A stretch of DNA of 64,000 nt from Octopus bimaculoides (GCF_001194135.2 NC_068988.1:30855328-30919327); one strand, 5' to 3'. Shown: positions 13,500-37,879, counted from the stretch's first letter. Notes: generated by a model from the sequence alone, not told the origin. Program-made: numbers and translations.

Positions 13500-14147
13500 A
13501 ATTACTTCTTTAGCCAGTAATGATTTATTTTAAAATTTGTAGGGTAGATCAAAATGAATCGAACAAAATTTAATATATCATCAGCAACGTAATCGATCAA
13601 AGGTAAATCTGGCATTCAAAGTATATATCATTTTGACCAGATTGAAACGCACAGCTTCGGATTGAACTAAATATTATACAAAACTTGATCGATAATTAAA
13701 ATGGGAGTTTGAGACATTCATGACTTTCACACTGGATAGCTGTAATATATTTAAATAAATAGAAAGTTACCAATATATTGATATTATATATCAATATATT
13801 GGGGAGTTAAAATGTAAATCATTGATCACCAACCGTATATATAGATATATCATTATCGAAGAAGCTGCAGCTCAACTATAGTCTGTTCATAGCACTTACT
13901 CAGCATTATCTGACACGTTTGGGTATATATATATAGCTTGCATCCAGTGGTTTATTTGCGAAGATCTGTGGGTAGAAGTAAAAATTCATTAAAGAAATAA
14001 CCAAGCTGACGGTAAAGTTAATCATTTACTTATCATCTGAATTGTAAAACATTCTGACAAGAAAGAAAAAATAAAAGCAACTTCATAATCCCTCTAGTTT
14101 AAGATCGTGTTTTAGAAAAGTGAAATAATCTGAAGACAACTTCCAAG
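13500..14147 (+). promoter_or_regulatory. Putative promoter and non-coding first exon of B
   Basis: Strong donor CAAG|gtaagt at 14148 and acceptor tttttcag|GA immediately before the ATG (14463). The region is homologous to ~26480-27120 and, inverted, to ~40700-41000 upstream of C. The TSS is not identifiable. Confidence 0.5.
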
Positions 14148-14300
14148 GTAAGTTCGTGTTGTTCTACTATCTTTAGACGAGTGAAAACAATTTGACGATA
14201 TTGTTTTACAATATATTTCCTTTGTTCAAAGCTTAGTCTGACTGCCATCATTAATTCCAGTGATTTTTATCGAGAAAGAAAAAAACATCAGTTCAGTTAT

Positions 14301-14333
<33 letters not shown>

Positions 14334-14348
14334 GTCTCTCTCTTCTCT

Positions 14349-14412
<64 letters not shown>

Positions 14413-14464
14413 TCTCTCTCTCTCTGTATATATATATATATATTGCTTTATATATTTTTCAGGA

Positions 14465-23866
<9,402 letters not shown>

Positions 23867-25870
23867 GTTTTATGTTATTACTGAAATTATGTACGGTAAT
23901 AAATACATACATGCATATTTGTATGCGTAAAAAATATATTTATATATATTTGCAAATATATGTGTGTGTATATATATATATATATNNNNNNNNNNNNNNN
24001 NNNNNNNNNNNNNNNNNNNNNNNNNNNNNNNNNNNNNNNNNNNNNNNNNNNNNNNNNNNNNNNNNNNNNNNNNNNNNNNNNNNNNNNNNNNNNNNNNNNN
24101 NNNNNNNNNNNNNNNNNNNNNNNNNNNNNNNNNNNNNNNNNNNNNNNNNNNNNNNNNNNNNNNNNNNNNNNNNNNNNNNNNNNNNNNNNNNNNNNNNNNA
24201 CAAACTGATGTAATATGTATGCATATATATATATATGTTTATATCTTCAACAAGATATAATCATTTCGAAGTCTTGGGATGCTAAACAGTCAATAATAAT
24301 AATAAAAGAATGTATATATCAACCAATAATAAATAAGAAATGAATGTATATAAAATACTTATTATATTAAGATAGAAAAATATTATTAAAAATATCAAAA
24401 TTATAAATGTTCCTTAATTAACTTTACGTTTATTATAATGTAAACTAACAGAAATATTATATGCAAAAACTAATTTTAACGAATCTTTGTAATCTAACCT
24501 GAAGATTAACTATATTTTTGAATAGAATTGATGTTCGATAGTTTTAATCGATTCAAATATTTTTTCTATTTGAAAATTTGGTTATGAGACACGTGTAGTC
24601 GTTTTATTATCATTATCTTATGATATTTACTTTGTATTATATTATACTTATTTATTGTGCTTTTACTTATTAATTTTCTATATGTGACTGGATTTTCATC
24701 GATGAGTTCATGAACATTGGTTCTTTTCTCTAAAACTATATATTTATATTTTACAATGTGAAACTTAGTTTAATTTTAATTTTTAATAAATTGAATTGAA
24801 TCGGGATTTTACCTGTAAATTTGGATTTTTATCCCTAATATTATTGTTATATATACATATATATACATATATCTTCAACGAGAATATTATTGACAATTCT
24901 CCATGCATTAATTGTTAGACAATAAATCCCGTTTCAGTTGCAACATTTTCGTCAGTTATAAAACCGTTGAACACAGAGACAGACATCATTAGGGGACAAA
25001 ATTGATACAAATCAAATTCTCATCAAACACTGCATTGTCCTGCTAGAGTAGCATATAAAAGGGTATAGATTGGTTTAAGACGATCCCAAACAAAAGGAAT
25101 GCCTTTTCCTACATTTTAGCACCAAAAATTATTACACATCAATAATAAAATCTATGATTATGGTTGACACAGTTATACAAAGACAATAACTACAATGGGC
25201 GACACAAAAATAGAAAGAATATTACAAACAAAGATATCACTTACCTTCCATAGTTTGAAATTTTGGCGGGATCCCAGCAATTTTGGGGAAGGTGTGAAAT
25301 CGATTACGTCAATCCCACTGCTCGACTGATACTTACCTCATCGATCACAAAAGAGTGAATTGTAATATTGACCTCGGCGGAATTCGAATTTAGAAGTATA
25401 ACTTTACAAAATGCCGCCAAGCAGATTGTCCAGTTTCCTAACGGTTCTGCCTGCTCGCCGCCTTATTTGATTGATATAATACTGCTTAATTTTTTCATAC
25501 CGTCGTACTTTGGAAAGCTAAGTACACATTTTGACACCTCTCGCTCATGTATATTTCACTTACTTTTGACATACTAAAGAACTATAACAGTTTATGACTG
25601 TTATTTTGTTATTTATGTGCATTTCAATCTCATTTACCTTTCAATATTTTAATGAATACAAATTTTAAATAAAGCTCTATTTACATTGTTATTCACACGT
25701 TCTGCCTTTTTATTTTCTACTTAAATGATCGTTTTTCCTTTACTTTGTTACATTATTAACCCTTCGTGGGCGGGCGGTGGCCCTTGAGACCCTATAAAAG
25801 TTTAGAAGTTATGCACCAAATGAACCTGTTTTGGACTAAATTGTGCCTGGAAACTGGGATTATGTTTAAC

Positions 25871-26455
25871 CAGCTAGATGAATCGTTAATACGCCGGGAA
25901 AAATGCTTAAATCTGTGTTCAAATCCTACTGGCGTTGATTTTGCCCTTCATTCTTTCTGAGTCGATAAAATAAGATCCTCCCCGGATCTTTTTGGTTTGA
26001 CGGACACCAAAACAAAAAGGTCCGCACTCAATACGTGTAGAGTGTATATTGAATATATGCATTAACAGTAGGGTTTCAGCCAGATGAATCTTTAATATGT
26101 GGGGGAAAATGCTTAGATCTGTGTTCAAATTCAGTTAGCGTTGACTTTGCCCTTCATTCTTTCTGAGTCGATAAAATAAATTCCTCCCCGTATCCTTTTG
26201 GTTTGATGGACACCAAAACAAAAAGGTCCACAATTAATGCGCGTAGAGTGTATATTGAATATATGTATTAACAGTTGTGAGGCCAGCTACATGAATCGTT
26301 TATACGCCGGGAAAAATGCCAATTCTGTGTTCAAATTCAGTTGGCGTTGACTTTGCCCTTCATTCTTTCTGAGTCGATAAAATAAGTTCCTCCCCGGATC
26401 TCTTTGGTTTGACGATCACCAAAACAAAAACATCCGCACTCAATACGTATAGAGT
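25871..26455 (+). repeat. Tandem repeat, ~205-208 bp unit, ~2.9 copies, containing a SINE fragment
   Basis: Units start at ~25871, ~26076 and ~26284; each contains gttcaaat...gactttgcccttcattctttctgagtcgataaaata, related to SINE family 1. Confidence 0.85.
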
Positions 26456-26479
26456 CAATTCGTCAGCAACTGTTGGATA

Positions 26480-27400
26480 ATTTTTTATGCTTTAGCATGA
26501 TCGTTTAAATTTTGTAAGGAGATGAACATGTATCGAATCAAACGTAATATATTATAAACAAATTAATCGCTCGAACATTCAAATTGTATGTGATGTTCGC
26601 GAGAGCCAAACGCAAAGTTCAAGATTAAACTAAATACTGTTAAGAGATTTGATCGATAAATAAAATATGTGTTTGCGATGTTCATGAGTTTGATTCAAGA
26701 TGTCTATAAGCTATCCAGTGCAATATGTACAAAGCAATAGAAAGCTATGATACATTAATTTATCAATATACTGAGATGTTAAAAGTAGCCTCATTTGTCC
26801 ACACACCGTATCAAGATAAGTAGCTTGTTTCGATTGGTTTGATTGCCAAGATCAGTGGATAGAAGTAGATGTCTATTGAAATAGTAACCAAGCTGACGGT
26901 AAAGTTAATCATTTACTTATCATCTGAATTGTAAAGCATTCTGACAAGAAAGTGAATGCAACTTCATAAGACCTCTACTTTAAGAACGTATTTAAGAACA
27001 GTGAAATAACCTGACGGCAAATCCTAATCTAAGTTCGTGTTGTTCACATATCTTTACAAGAGCGGAAAGCATTTGTTGATATTATTTTAAGACCATATCA
27101 TTTTTATCGAAACCAGTGTAGATAAATCAACTGATTTCATCATTCAGCGGAATTGACCTTATTTTAGTCTTAAATAGGATGAAACACGATAAACCCAATA
27201 CAAAATACGCACATTTATCACACCTGGAGAAAGAAACATTAACGACCATACGCTGTTGTTTCCTGTGAGACACTTCTAGATAAACAAATTTCAGCCAAAC
27301 GTAAAGTTTATTTAGCAACCCTGAAGAAGCTACGAATCTTCAAAGTAAGTAAACTAGTTAGATATTACTAATCGAAAGTGTGATAAGATACTACAAATGT
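26480..27400 (+). pseudogene. Orphan copy (E) of the family promoter/5'-UTR region with no coding exons found
   Basis: 51-bp identity with 13998-14048; 27255-27350 matches C 40530-40620 (reverse complement), including a gtaagt donor at ~27345. No PAN exon is recognisable downstream. Confidence 0.6.
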
Positions 27401-27779
27401 TTCATGTGTTGGAAATTACTGTAGTTGATTTTTGCTTTCATTACATTAGGTCTTCCTATTTCCAGTGAGAGTGGAATGAAGAACGGTGGGTTTCTAGAAT
27501 CAAGCATCGACTGATTAAAATGTTTAGTGTTCAGAAATGTACTTTTACGTTCTAGTTTCGAATCACACCGTGGCGAAATTTGCTGCTCGTCCATCTGCCT
27601 CCTATGTGATGAGTGGAGATCTACCAGGACTAAACTTACCGCACCAACACCAACCTGTATGTTTAAACACACGACAGTCTTCATTCTTCTCCCTCACACC
27701 TCTTATCCTCTTTCATTCCCCCTCTACCGTAATTGACTCTCTTGTCCCAGCGATAAACTGTTGTTTAGTTTATATAAGA

Positions 27780-28990
27780 TAATCCATAATATACCAGTTT
27801 AACGCAAAATTTTATTGCATGAGCAATCTTTCAAATTGTCTTCACGACCTGACTGCATCCTGCAAACTACTCAGTTGTCTCAAGTAGTGTATAGTAGGGC
27901 GTGTTCCAAGTATCATTATGACCACCTCCTTTAGTCTGGAATAAAAACAAATAACCATGGCAGGTCAGCTTATTATATGCCTTGTATTATTATAACAACA
28001 ATATAGACAGTTATAATTGTCTCTCCTGAAACAAAGTCTCAAAATTTCTGGAATGCAGCTCGATCATTCTTTTTTAGAACATTGGTTCTCGAGCAAGTAA
28101 AAGAAGCTGGACATCCACGGGCAGTCTTCGATATTTTCTGTCCCAAGGATTCTTATTACTTCTTTTGTTGCACGAATTCTGCACTATCTTTCACACCACT
28201 TCACTCATTCTAAGATGAAATATTTTGATAACTGGTAAAATTTCTATATATTAAAATAATGATTTACTAAGAGTGAACAGCCATTTAATTCAACTTTAGT
28301 ACACTACTAACATTTGTTAGTTCCATAGATTCCATTTCAGTTGACATACGCTGATGCATAAAGTCAAACCGTCCACAGACCAATTCACGAATATCACTTC
28401 TTCTAAGGATTAACCAATATATCAATTTTTACTATCGGTGACCATACTCTGTTTTCACCTTGTTTGAATTTTATTCTTCTCATTCGTGTAATTTCAAATT
28501 TTGGCGCAAGTTCAGCAATTTGAGAGAAGATGTTAAATCGATTACGTCGACCCCACCGCTCAACTGGTATTTATTATGTCGATCTCGATAGAATGAAAAG
28601 GAATATGAATCTTGGTGGAATTTCAATTTCGAACGTATAAACGGACGAAATGTCACTAAGCATTTTCTCCAGTATCCTAGCGTTTCTGCCAGCTCGCCGC
28701 TTTATTTGTTTCATATGAAATTGTTTAAAAAACATTTCTGGTCGTACTTTGGAAAACTAAATACACGTTTCGACACCGTTCACTCTTATATATTGCAGTT
28801 ACTTTTCACATGCTAAAAAAAGTGACAGTGTTCATTTGCTATTTATCTCCATTTGCATCTTATTTACCTTTCAATATTATAATGACTACAGAGATTATAA
28901 TAAAGCTCTATTTCCATTGTTATTCAAATGATCTGTCTTTTTGTGTTTTGTTTAAATGCTTGTTTTTATCGACTTTCTAACATTATTAAC
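27780..28990 (+). repeat. Segmental copy of intergenic block ~8620-9850 (mariner end + flank + SINE); partial third copy at ~25200-25750
   Basis: Long collinear matches, e.g. tagtctggaataaaaacaaataacc and cactcactctaagatgaaatattttgataactggtaaaatttctatatattaaaat. Confidence 0.85.
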
Positions 28991-29554
28991 TTCAATATCG
29001 CCTGCCTTTCTTGCACGCTGGCGTAAGTGTGTCATTTTTAATCATCTTCTATTTCATGTTTGTATATTACTCAGTGTACACGTGTGTGTACAAATAAACA
29101 TTACATATTCGAAGCTTAATTTTCTGTTACAGGTTAAAATATACCCTCACTTAAATTTGCGAACTTAAGAGAACTGATTTCTTAAAAAAACATATGAATG
29201 AGCCATTTCCAAAAACATTCTTAAACCATACGAAATATAAAGAGGCAGGATGTCTCGGTATCAACCTACATTGGATAATGTTTCATTATAGAAAATTATG
29301 TCACTGAAACGAAATTCAATACTTAACCGTTGCTGTTCTGTGATTAAAGATAAATAACATCAACTTCCTGGTCACCAGTAACCAAACTTATATTTGTTTA
29401 ACATCCAAGCTTCTCAATTCAAATTTATTGATTTAATACGTATTTTATTATTTATGCGCCCTTTTAAAGCCTAGACAGGCTCATGGGCCCGGTTTATTAT
29501 TCTAAAATAATCTTTTCTACTCAAGGCACAATACCCGAAATTTTTTTGAGAGGA

Positions 29555-29715
29555 GACCAGTCGATTAGTTCGACCCCAGTACGCAACCGGTACTTAATTT
29601 ATCGACCTCGAAAGGATGAAAGACAAGGTCGACCTTGGCGGAATTTGAACTCAGGACGTAATGACAGACGAAATGCTACTAGGCAGTTCGCCCGGCGTGC
29701 TAACGTGTCAGCCAC
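29555..29715 (-). mobile_element. tRNA-derived SINE, family 1
   Basis: gtcgattagttcgaccccagtacgcaaccggtacttaatttatcgacctcgaaaggatgaaag matches the reverse complement of the 55655 copy. Confidence 0.75.
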
Positions 29716-30788
29716 CTCACCACCTTTCCAGCTATTTTAATTTAAATTGATACGAAATCCAGCACCAGAATTTGCCCTAGTTAAAACCGGAGACGTTGTG
29801 TCGAAATAGCAGACTCATGTAAAACTCAAAGATTGTAAGACGTATACAAATGCTGTTAAAGTTCTTTTAATCTTTTAAAGTTAGCAAATAACATTTCCCA
29901 CGCTGGGGCCAACCATTTTACCATTAATTTTTTAAGTAGTAGTTGATTTAGAAACCAAAAATGTGCTTTAGAAATATGGCAGACGAGTCTTTTTTTCTTG
30001 GATAAGAATATTTTATTTAACAACGATTAAAAGAATAACTGGGTCGCGGCGGACCNNNNNNNNNNNNNNNNNNNNNNNNNNNNNNNNNNNNNNNNNNNNN
30101 NNNNNNNNNNNNNNNNNNNNNNNNNNNNNNNNNNNNNNNNNNNNNNNNNNNNNNNNNNNNNNNNNNNNNNNNNNNNNNNNNNNNNNNNNNNNNNNNNNNN
30201 NNNAAAATCAGAATATTCCAGAAAGTTTAATGGGCAAATGACAGAAAAAGATAAGTGAAAGTGCATGTGTGAGAAATATCTTCAATTTCCAATTTAAACA
30301 TCGATACATGCTGGTGAAACAAACTCTCCAATAAGGAATTTAAAGATACATCTGCTGTTATATTGTAAAATAGATTCAGGTGATTTTTTTCAAAGAATTT
30401 ACTGCAGGTGTCACAGAGTTATTAGTGTATCTGCTTGAAAGTGCGACTACAGTCAGATTTCTCTTAGTTCCAAACGTAAAATATAGTTAGGTGATCACTA
30501 AAAATTAAAGAGCTTATTTTTTAGTGTAAAATCATATAAACTGCAAGAGACAATTGACGTATAAGTAGGTATGTGTGAAACTAACATATATGTGTGAACG
30601 TGAGAAGTGGATATCTTGAATGAACTTCGATAACTGGTACTATTTTTATATATGTATTCGTTAAATGAAACAAGAAGGCACCATTTTGATAGAATTCTAA
30701 GCGCGTTATGATTTTCGATTGTAGACAATTTGAAGTTTAATAGCTGTTTAGTCCTTCACTTTCCCCTCTCTCACACTCTTTCCCTAAC

Positions 30789-30841
<53 letters not shown>

Positions 30842-31378
30842 TATAAACACACATACATACACACGCCTACAATAATTCTATCATGAAAGAGTCATTATAG
30901 CATCTGACACATTCCTTCAAATTACACGTTATCGACTTGAAATTATCAGCACACGTTAGACAATGTCTTCCAAGATATGCAGCAAAAGGTAATGAACATC
31001 ATTCGAATCCATTTGAGTGTAATTTTCTCTTTCGATAGGGCCTTGGAGATAAACAGCAACATATAATCATTTCCTATGATATCACCTTTCATTGTTCATT
31101 ACATTTACACTTTATATCTGTCTCTAAGTGTCTGCTCCTATCTATCCTATTTATGTATCTAATTGTCTCTCTCGGTCTGTTTGTCTATCTATCTATCTAT
31201 ATATCTATCTATCTATGTGTGTTTACTCCTGTATTATGTATGTATGTGTCTATGATTGTATATATGTATTTATCTATGTGTTATGCATTTATGTATGCAT
31301 GTATGTGTGTATGTATGCATGAATGCACCGATGTATGTAAGGATATCAGCATACACAATATCTGATTTAATTCATATT

Positions 31379-31428
31379 CTATTTGAAAAGGACAGAGATG
31401 ACCATCAGATCAAGAGCAACTTCATCTG
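31379..31428 (-). CDS. C coding exon 5 (50 nt, ends TAG)
   Basis: aatttttcag|CA GAT GAA...TTC AAA TAG; homologous to D exon 5. Confidence 0.75.
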
Positions 31429-32644
31429 CTGAAAAATTTAAGAAAAACATTTGTTAACAAAGTAATGAGGTTGATCATATATTTCTCAATAAACACAGAA
31501 ACACATACACACATACCTCTTCCATATGGTCCTACCAGAGGCAACCGTCATTAGATTTTCCCGATGGATTCCAAAGCATGACTAAATAAGATTATGGATA
31601 CTATCCAGCCATCTCGTTCTTGGTCTACATTAAGTTCTTCTGCCGGTTGATTCGGTTTGGAAAATTCCAGCGACCTTCTAATAACGTATCTGTAGTACTG
31701 AAGCTGTGACTTCTCAATGCGGATACGTAGCCTTTTGACCTGAAGAGACACCCTATCTCCAAGCTACGCACCTTGTCATATGACGTTAGTCCAAACGTCC
31801 GTATAAGAAACCTCATTTCGGCCGCTTGTATTCGCAATCGCATTCGTTCAGTTATTATTCAACTTTGATGAAAATAGGTGAGGATAAGTGCAAAAACCGA
31901 ACTGAAGATAGCGTGTTTGGCTTGTTCAGTTACCTCTTTTTCTAAGGATCGAATACTTGAGCCTACACATTGCATTACCATTCTAGCATTCAATTCAGGC
32001 TCCTGCTTGCCATCACTCGAAAATATGGCCCCAAGATACCTGTTCCACTAACACGCACAGGGTACTGGAAGACTCTCTTGAGAATTCCAGTTTCACAGTC
32101 TTCCCACCACTTGTCTTCATCCTTGTCTTGCAGCACTCGACAGCGAACTCATTCACTGTATGCTAGAAATCGCCTGCTGCTGAATCAAGTAACATAAGAT
32201 ACTTCTAAATATCAGCCGGCTGATCCTGAACATAACGATGCTAAAGCACTTCCCAAGGGATGCGCATATCAATCCAGTTCATAAGATATATGGACAGGAG
32301 TAGTGGAAATACGCACCCCTGCCAAAATCTATGTTGAACAGCTTCGACTTAACAACCGCTGAGCTTTTCTGGGTTCTTTCGTTTTTTTTTTGTTTTTTTG
32401 GGTTTTTTTTTTTTTTGCTTTGCTTTTTCTTTCTAGGGTTGATGATTACTAATTGCCTTTTTTAAATACTTTCACTTTCACTGACCCCAACGAAAATAGA
32501 TCTAAAAACTAGCTTACAAGAAAATAATTAGTATGTAAGTATGCACACACTTACACATATACATATATCATCCATGCATATACACATATACAAACACTAT
32601 TCATACATACACACAAACATACACTCATCTCTCTCTCTCACATT

Positions 32645-32679
<35 letters not shown>

Positions 32680-35600
32680 ATGGAAACATAAAATGCACAA
32701 TTATGTGTACTCAAAACAAGAAGATACATGTTACATACCACCCTCGTATTTGCGATAAAGTATGCGTGTTCCATTTTCCATTTTGCCTTCAATCCAGTTT
32801 CCGTAATTAGTAGTTGCTCCCCAATCCACACGAAAATGCGGTTCTCTGAAATTAATGTTACAATTGATGAATTTAATAAAGTTTATCATAATGAAAAATT
32901 TTACAACTAAATTTACAACAATCCATTCTGCTTGATTAAATCGATGAGTAAGCATTTTCATCTTTGCGATTAGTGATTGTCTCATACCTTGTGAGTTATT
33001 CACGATATAGAATGTGAAAATGACGAGTAATTTGGGTAAATCAGATCTTGGTGTTTAGCTTCAGCTCAGCTGTGATCAAGGCGATCTACTATCAAAAAGC
33101 ATTCCAGCTATGACAATTTTCACATTTCTTTGGTAAACATAATGTATGTTGGATCACATTCACCAATGATGGTAAAGGGTTAGTTGAGACGAAACAAGTT
33201 CAAAGATTATCCTAGAAAACATGATACTCCATCAATTCCCACTTGCCCTATTATTTGAATTACAGATTTTTTAAACAAAAGAAGACAGTGGTTTTAACTC
33301 TAGGAGACAGTTGTGTTTACATCTCGATGTCTTCTCAGGAACTCATTATTGCCTTTGAAAACTCGCGCTTCACTGCTGGGTCACGTGTATCCTTTTGCGG
33401 CCAGCAGCGATTGGATGTTTTGAGCGTATCACGACTGTGCTATGTCACCACAACAAAATAGTGCTAACATGTCTCGCTACAGTCTAATTCTCTTATTTCA
33501 TTTTCAGTGTGATAGTGTTACTCTTAACTAGTTTTCAAAGTTCTTTTCGCACATTTCTAAGCCGGGTTTCATATTTATTTCTTTGGTAAATCCTTGCCCT
33601 CTCTGTAATAATATTTCCAGGCTTTTATCACTTGCAGCATAGAAGTTTAGACCATCCATATACAAGAGATTGTTTAACATGTCAGTTAGATAAGTCAATG
33701 TCAGACAGAAAGGGAGGGGAGAGAGTGGGTCTCTTTGAAATATTCCTCTTCTAATCGGGATTTACTTAGTTTTTATGATACCCTCTTTTTGTCTGGAGCT
33801 GCAACGACCTTCGTCGTTTATTCATTGCATGATTTATATATATATATTATTATTTCTTGTTCACAGCTAATGTTTTTCCAGGTTCGATGTGTGGAAAATA
33901 CTGTCAAAACCTGTCGATAATCAATCCAAGTCATGCTGAAACACTTTTTTCTTGCGGCTATCTTCAGTAATAGTTTCATTGATCAATTAACTTTATTGAT
34001 TTTTACAGCATTATAAGCATTGGAAGCATCCCTTTTGCTCTTCCAGAATCAAGTCGTTTTCTTATAATCTGTCCACGCTATTGTTAATCTGTCTTTCTAG
34101 ATTTCACTTATTTTAGAAGAAAAAGAGACAAAACCTGAAATCTACATGATGCAGAACATTCATACCTGAAATGAGAGAGGTTAATATCAAATGGCCGGAT
34201 TCAGAAAATACCTGTTAATTACTGAACCCTATAAAATTGATTCAACCTTCCTTCAAATTATGAGATTCTATAACTTTGTTAGAAATCATTATTATTATTA
34301 TCATTATATCATTAAATCATTAAAGATGATAACAAAGAATAAGGAGATAATATATACTTAATATCAACTGCAAAGCTCAATCGAGTATCATCTGAGAAAG
34401 GATGAAAGATGAGTTTATCTTCCTGGCACCACGATGTAGAATTTGTCCCAGTTCCTTTGAAAACGAATTTTTGGCTTTGATGTTCGTCTTTGAAATGTAA
34501 TTCCACCTGCAAATGTAAAGTTGAGTAGGATCAATAATCTAAGAGAGTGAGAGGGAGGCGAGCGTCGCAAAGAAAAAAGAAGATAAGGATGAATTATAGG
34601 GAAATGCAAAAAGTGCGAGAAAAAGATATAGAGAAAAGTGGGGCATTCGAGATCAATGACAAAGTATACTTTTCTTTTGAAAACAACGATAGTTTGGGAA
34701 GAAAAAATAGCATGCTTAAATGAATTGATAGGAAGCGTGAAAATACACAGAGGAAACCGCACTCTTGGTTATTTTTGTCGTTATGTTAATTCTTCTGACA
34801 AGCATACTGAAAAAATCCAGGCCCGTCTATGAGTTTGTCTAAACCATGTGTGAAGGTAAATCATCTACCAAGAAAGGAAGGAGACAAGATTTTTAAAAGC
34901 AGAAAATGTCATGCATACTGCAATACTAAGGCTGAAAACCTACGTGGTATGTCGTAAATAAAGAACACTATTGGCGGCTGAAGATATCCAACATGTTAGT
35001 GAAGTAGTAGAAGAAATCAAGTACAGAAGGATGAACGACGCGAAAAATAGCTGGAAAGATAACGAATTACATGGCCAATTGGTGCAAGAAATCAAGTAAG
35101 GAGCAAAGAATGCTGGTTGTGGCTGACAGATGGAAACCTGAATCCAGGAACCGAATCGCTAGTGGTAGCCGTTTTGGAACAAGATATTAAGGCAAAGCTG
35201 CTAAAGGCAAAGGTCAGTCAGAGAAATAGATAATCTGTGGGAAATGAGACAAAGCTATTTACCATCTTTTGAATGAATGTAGTAATTTAACACAAAATCA
35301 AAATAAACGCGGTCATTAGTGTGTACGTAAAATCGTGCAATGAGATTTTAGACGAGTATGTGTCTACGAAATAACAGGAAAGTGGTATGCATATGAGCTA
35401 GAAGTTAGACTGTCAATGGTAATTACAATATGTTATGGGAACTACACATAAACAATGACCAAATTACTGAACCAAAGACACTAGTTATGATTAGAGATGG
35501 CAAAAAAGGAAGACGAAGACAACAATTATTTCGTGGTAGTTGTTGCACTCGGATAACACCCAAAAGGCTCAAACCGCTACCTTGCCAAGGCTGACGGATA

Positions 35601-37835
35601 CAGGGATTAAGACTAGGATTTTCGACCTGCAATCCCTTATTATGTAAGAATCCTAAGAAAGGATCTTGAGATTTGAAGGGACCTGCTATCACCAAACTCA
35701 AAACAACGACACTACTAAATAATGTAGCATTTAATAGCTATAACAAACATAACGAGGATTATTTCACACTTTAAAATGATTGAAGCCTCAGCATTCTCAT
35801 CGATTGTTTTTTTAAACCTGAAATTTCCTTTGATGGTGTTGATCTATCATCAAAGATATTCCGGCTAAGACTATCAAGTTCTTTTTTTTTTTATTGACAC
35901 TGTATTTAAGAAAATATTATGCGATAGTTCCTTCGTGTTTGAAGGCAGTAGAGTGTGATGTGAGAAAGATTTCATTGTTATTTCCAACAGATGGAACGAT
36001 CGCGTAGAAGTTCTTCACTAGTTGATTTCTTGTACTTGTGTGGTAAAGGTTTGTTTTGTTTAAGCCTTTTAAGTTCAAGAAATAACCAAAGGTAATCTAT
36101 CTCAACATATGTTGGTGTGTTTGCATGTGTGTATGTGTGCGCGTATGTGTATTCTTCTGTATTGATGTATGCAAATGTGTGTGTATGTGAGGACTAACTG
36201 CTCATTTTATATATAAAAAAACATACACGTAGTTGATATGATTTTCTGCAACACATAGTTTTACCATCGATATCTTACATTAGAATGTTCTATGTGGTTA
36301 CCTAGCTAGCAAGAAAAAGAAACCAAGCCGCTCTCAGATTATGCCCTGCCGTCTAATAATCTAGTTATAGATATATCATGTACGAAAATAAGACAAGAAT
36401 TCAAAACAGGATCCTGTTTAAATCTAAGGATGAAGTGGAAAATACCAACAGCACAAGTTACATGCGCCATTGCAATATCGACCGGAAGAGGTAAGAATTT
36501 AATACCTCAAGAGATAGGGAACTGACAAAGTATTATTTAAATGAAAATCATTTTGAAATTTCAAAAATACATTACCATTTCAATAGGCAAACTGTCCCAG
36601 TATAAATATATAGGACTTCTATTGAATGAGAATTTGTTCAACTTAAATACTTTCTGCCATTGTTTGCCTGTAATGAACAATAAATGGCAAACAATGGTTT
36701 AGATGTAAATATACAGACAAGATTGTAAGGAAGTTTATTAATATTTTAAAAGAAATATGCAACACAGAGTACTATGAAGTATACTTGATTGATTTTAACA
36801 TTATTAAATGCAATAGAATTTTTATAGACGAAAACTGAAATAGGTCCATCGTATATATGTGCATATTTTTGTGTATGTCTGTGTTTGTACCCTCACCATC
36901 ACTTGGCAACCGATGGGGTTATGTTTCCATCCCCGTCAACTAGCGGTTCGGGAAAAGAAACCGATAGAATAAGTCTTGGCGTTGATTTGTTCAAATAAAG
37001 GGATGCTACAGCATGGCTGTAGTCAAATGACTGAAAGAAGTAAAAGAACAAAATAAAAACTATGCCATTTTAATCGCAAGCAACGCCGGGTATCTCTGGT
37101 AGTATATAATACAAATGAAAGATAAACATTTTATAAATGTGTATGTCAGTTGTCTATGTTAATGTGTGTATGTGTGTATATAGATGTTTAATTTCTAAGT
37201 CGATTTATGTGTGTGTATGTTTGTGTTTATATTAGTAAAAAGCTTATCGAAACGAATCAGTTCATTTTCATACGCATTCGTTTATAATTTTTTTTTAAAT
37301 GTCAATCTTTAGAGTCATTAATTAAAATTAACAATTATATTTATGTGTATGAACGTACGAGTATGCATAAACGAAAATCTCTTCAGAACGTTTGATATTA
37401 GTATCAGATAAACACCAAAATATATTACATTATATGAAACGGTAAGATAATTAATAAAATACATATATTTGTGTTTGCATGTGTATGATTATTTGATAAT
37501 AAGAGGTCACTATTATATTCTTGTATTAAACAAATAACTGTTTATATTCATATGTATACATTTATTTGAGAATAAAAGTTTACCGTTATAGTCATTCGTT
37601 CATATTTTATTCCATATATGTATGTGTGAGTGTGAGAGTGTATGTATTAATACATGCTTACGTTTGACGCATTTGAATTTAATACGTATATATATTACGG
37701 CTATTACGTCATCAAAATTGGTTTTGTGAATAGATTTACAACTTAAGAATTTAAGATTTCATGTATTATATTAGTATATTAATTAATAAATACTCCATGT
37801 CATTATTAATCGTTATTAATTGGACTCTTACGTAC

Positions 37836-37879
<44 letters not shown>

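Noticed and set aside
25871-26455. CRISPR-like array
   Set aside because: Eukaryotic context; the units are full ~206-bp tandem copies without unique spacers, and there are no cas genes.
27127-27318. Minus-strand Cys-containing ORF as a PAN exon
   Set aside because: It lacks the family Cys spacing and signal peptide, and it overlaps the antisense of the non-coding promoter copy E.
32400-32520. Candidate terminal exon for C immediately after exon 4
   Set aside because: Several weak acceptors and no homology; 31379-31428 matches D exon 5 and the A/B C-termini much better.
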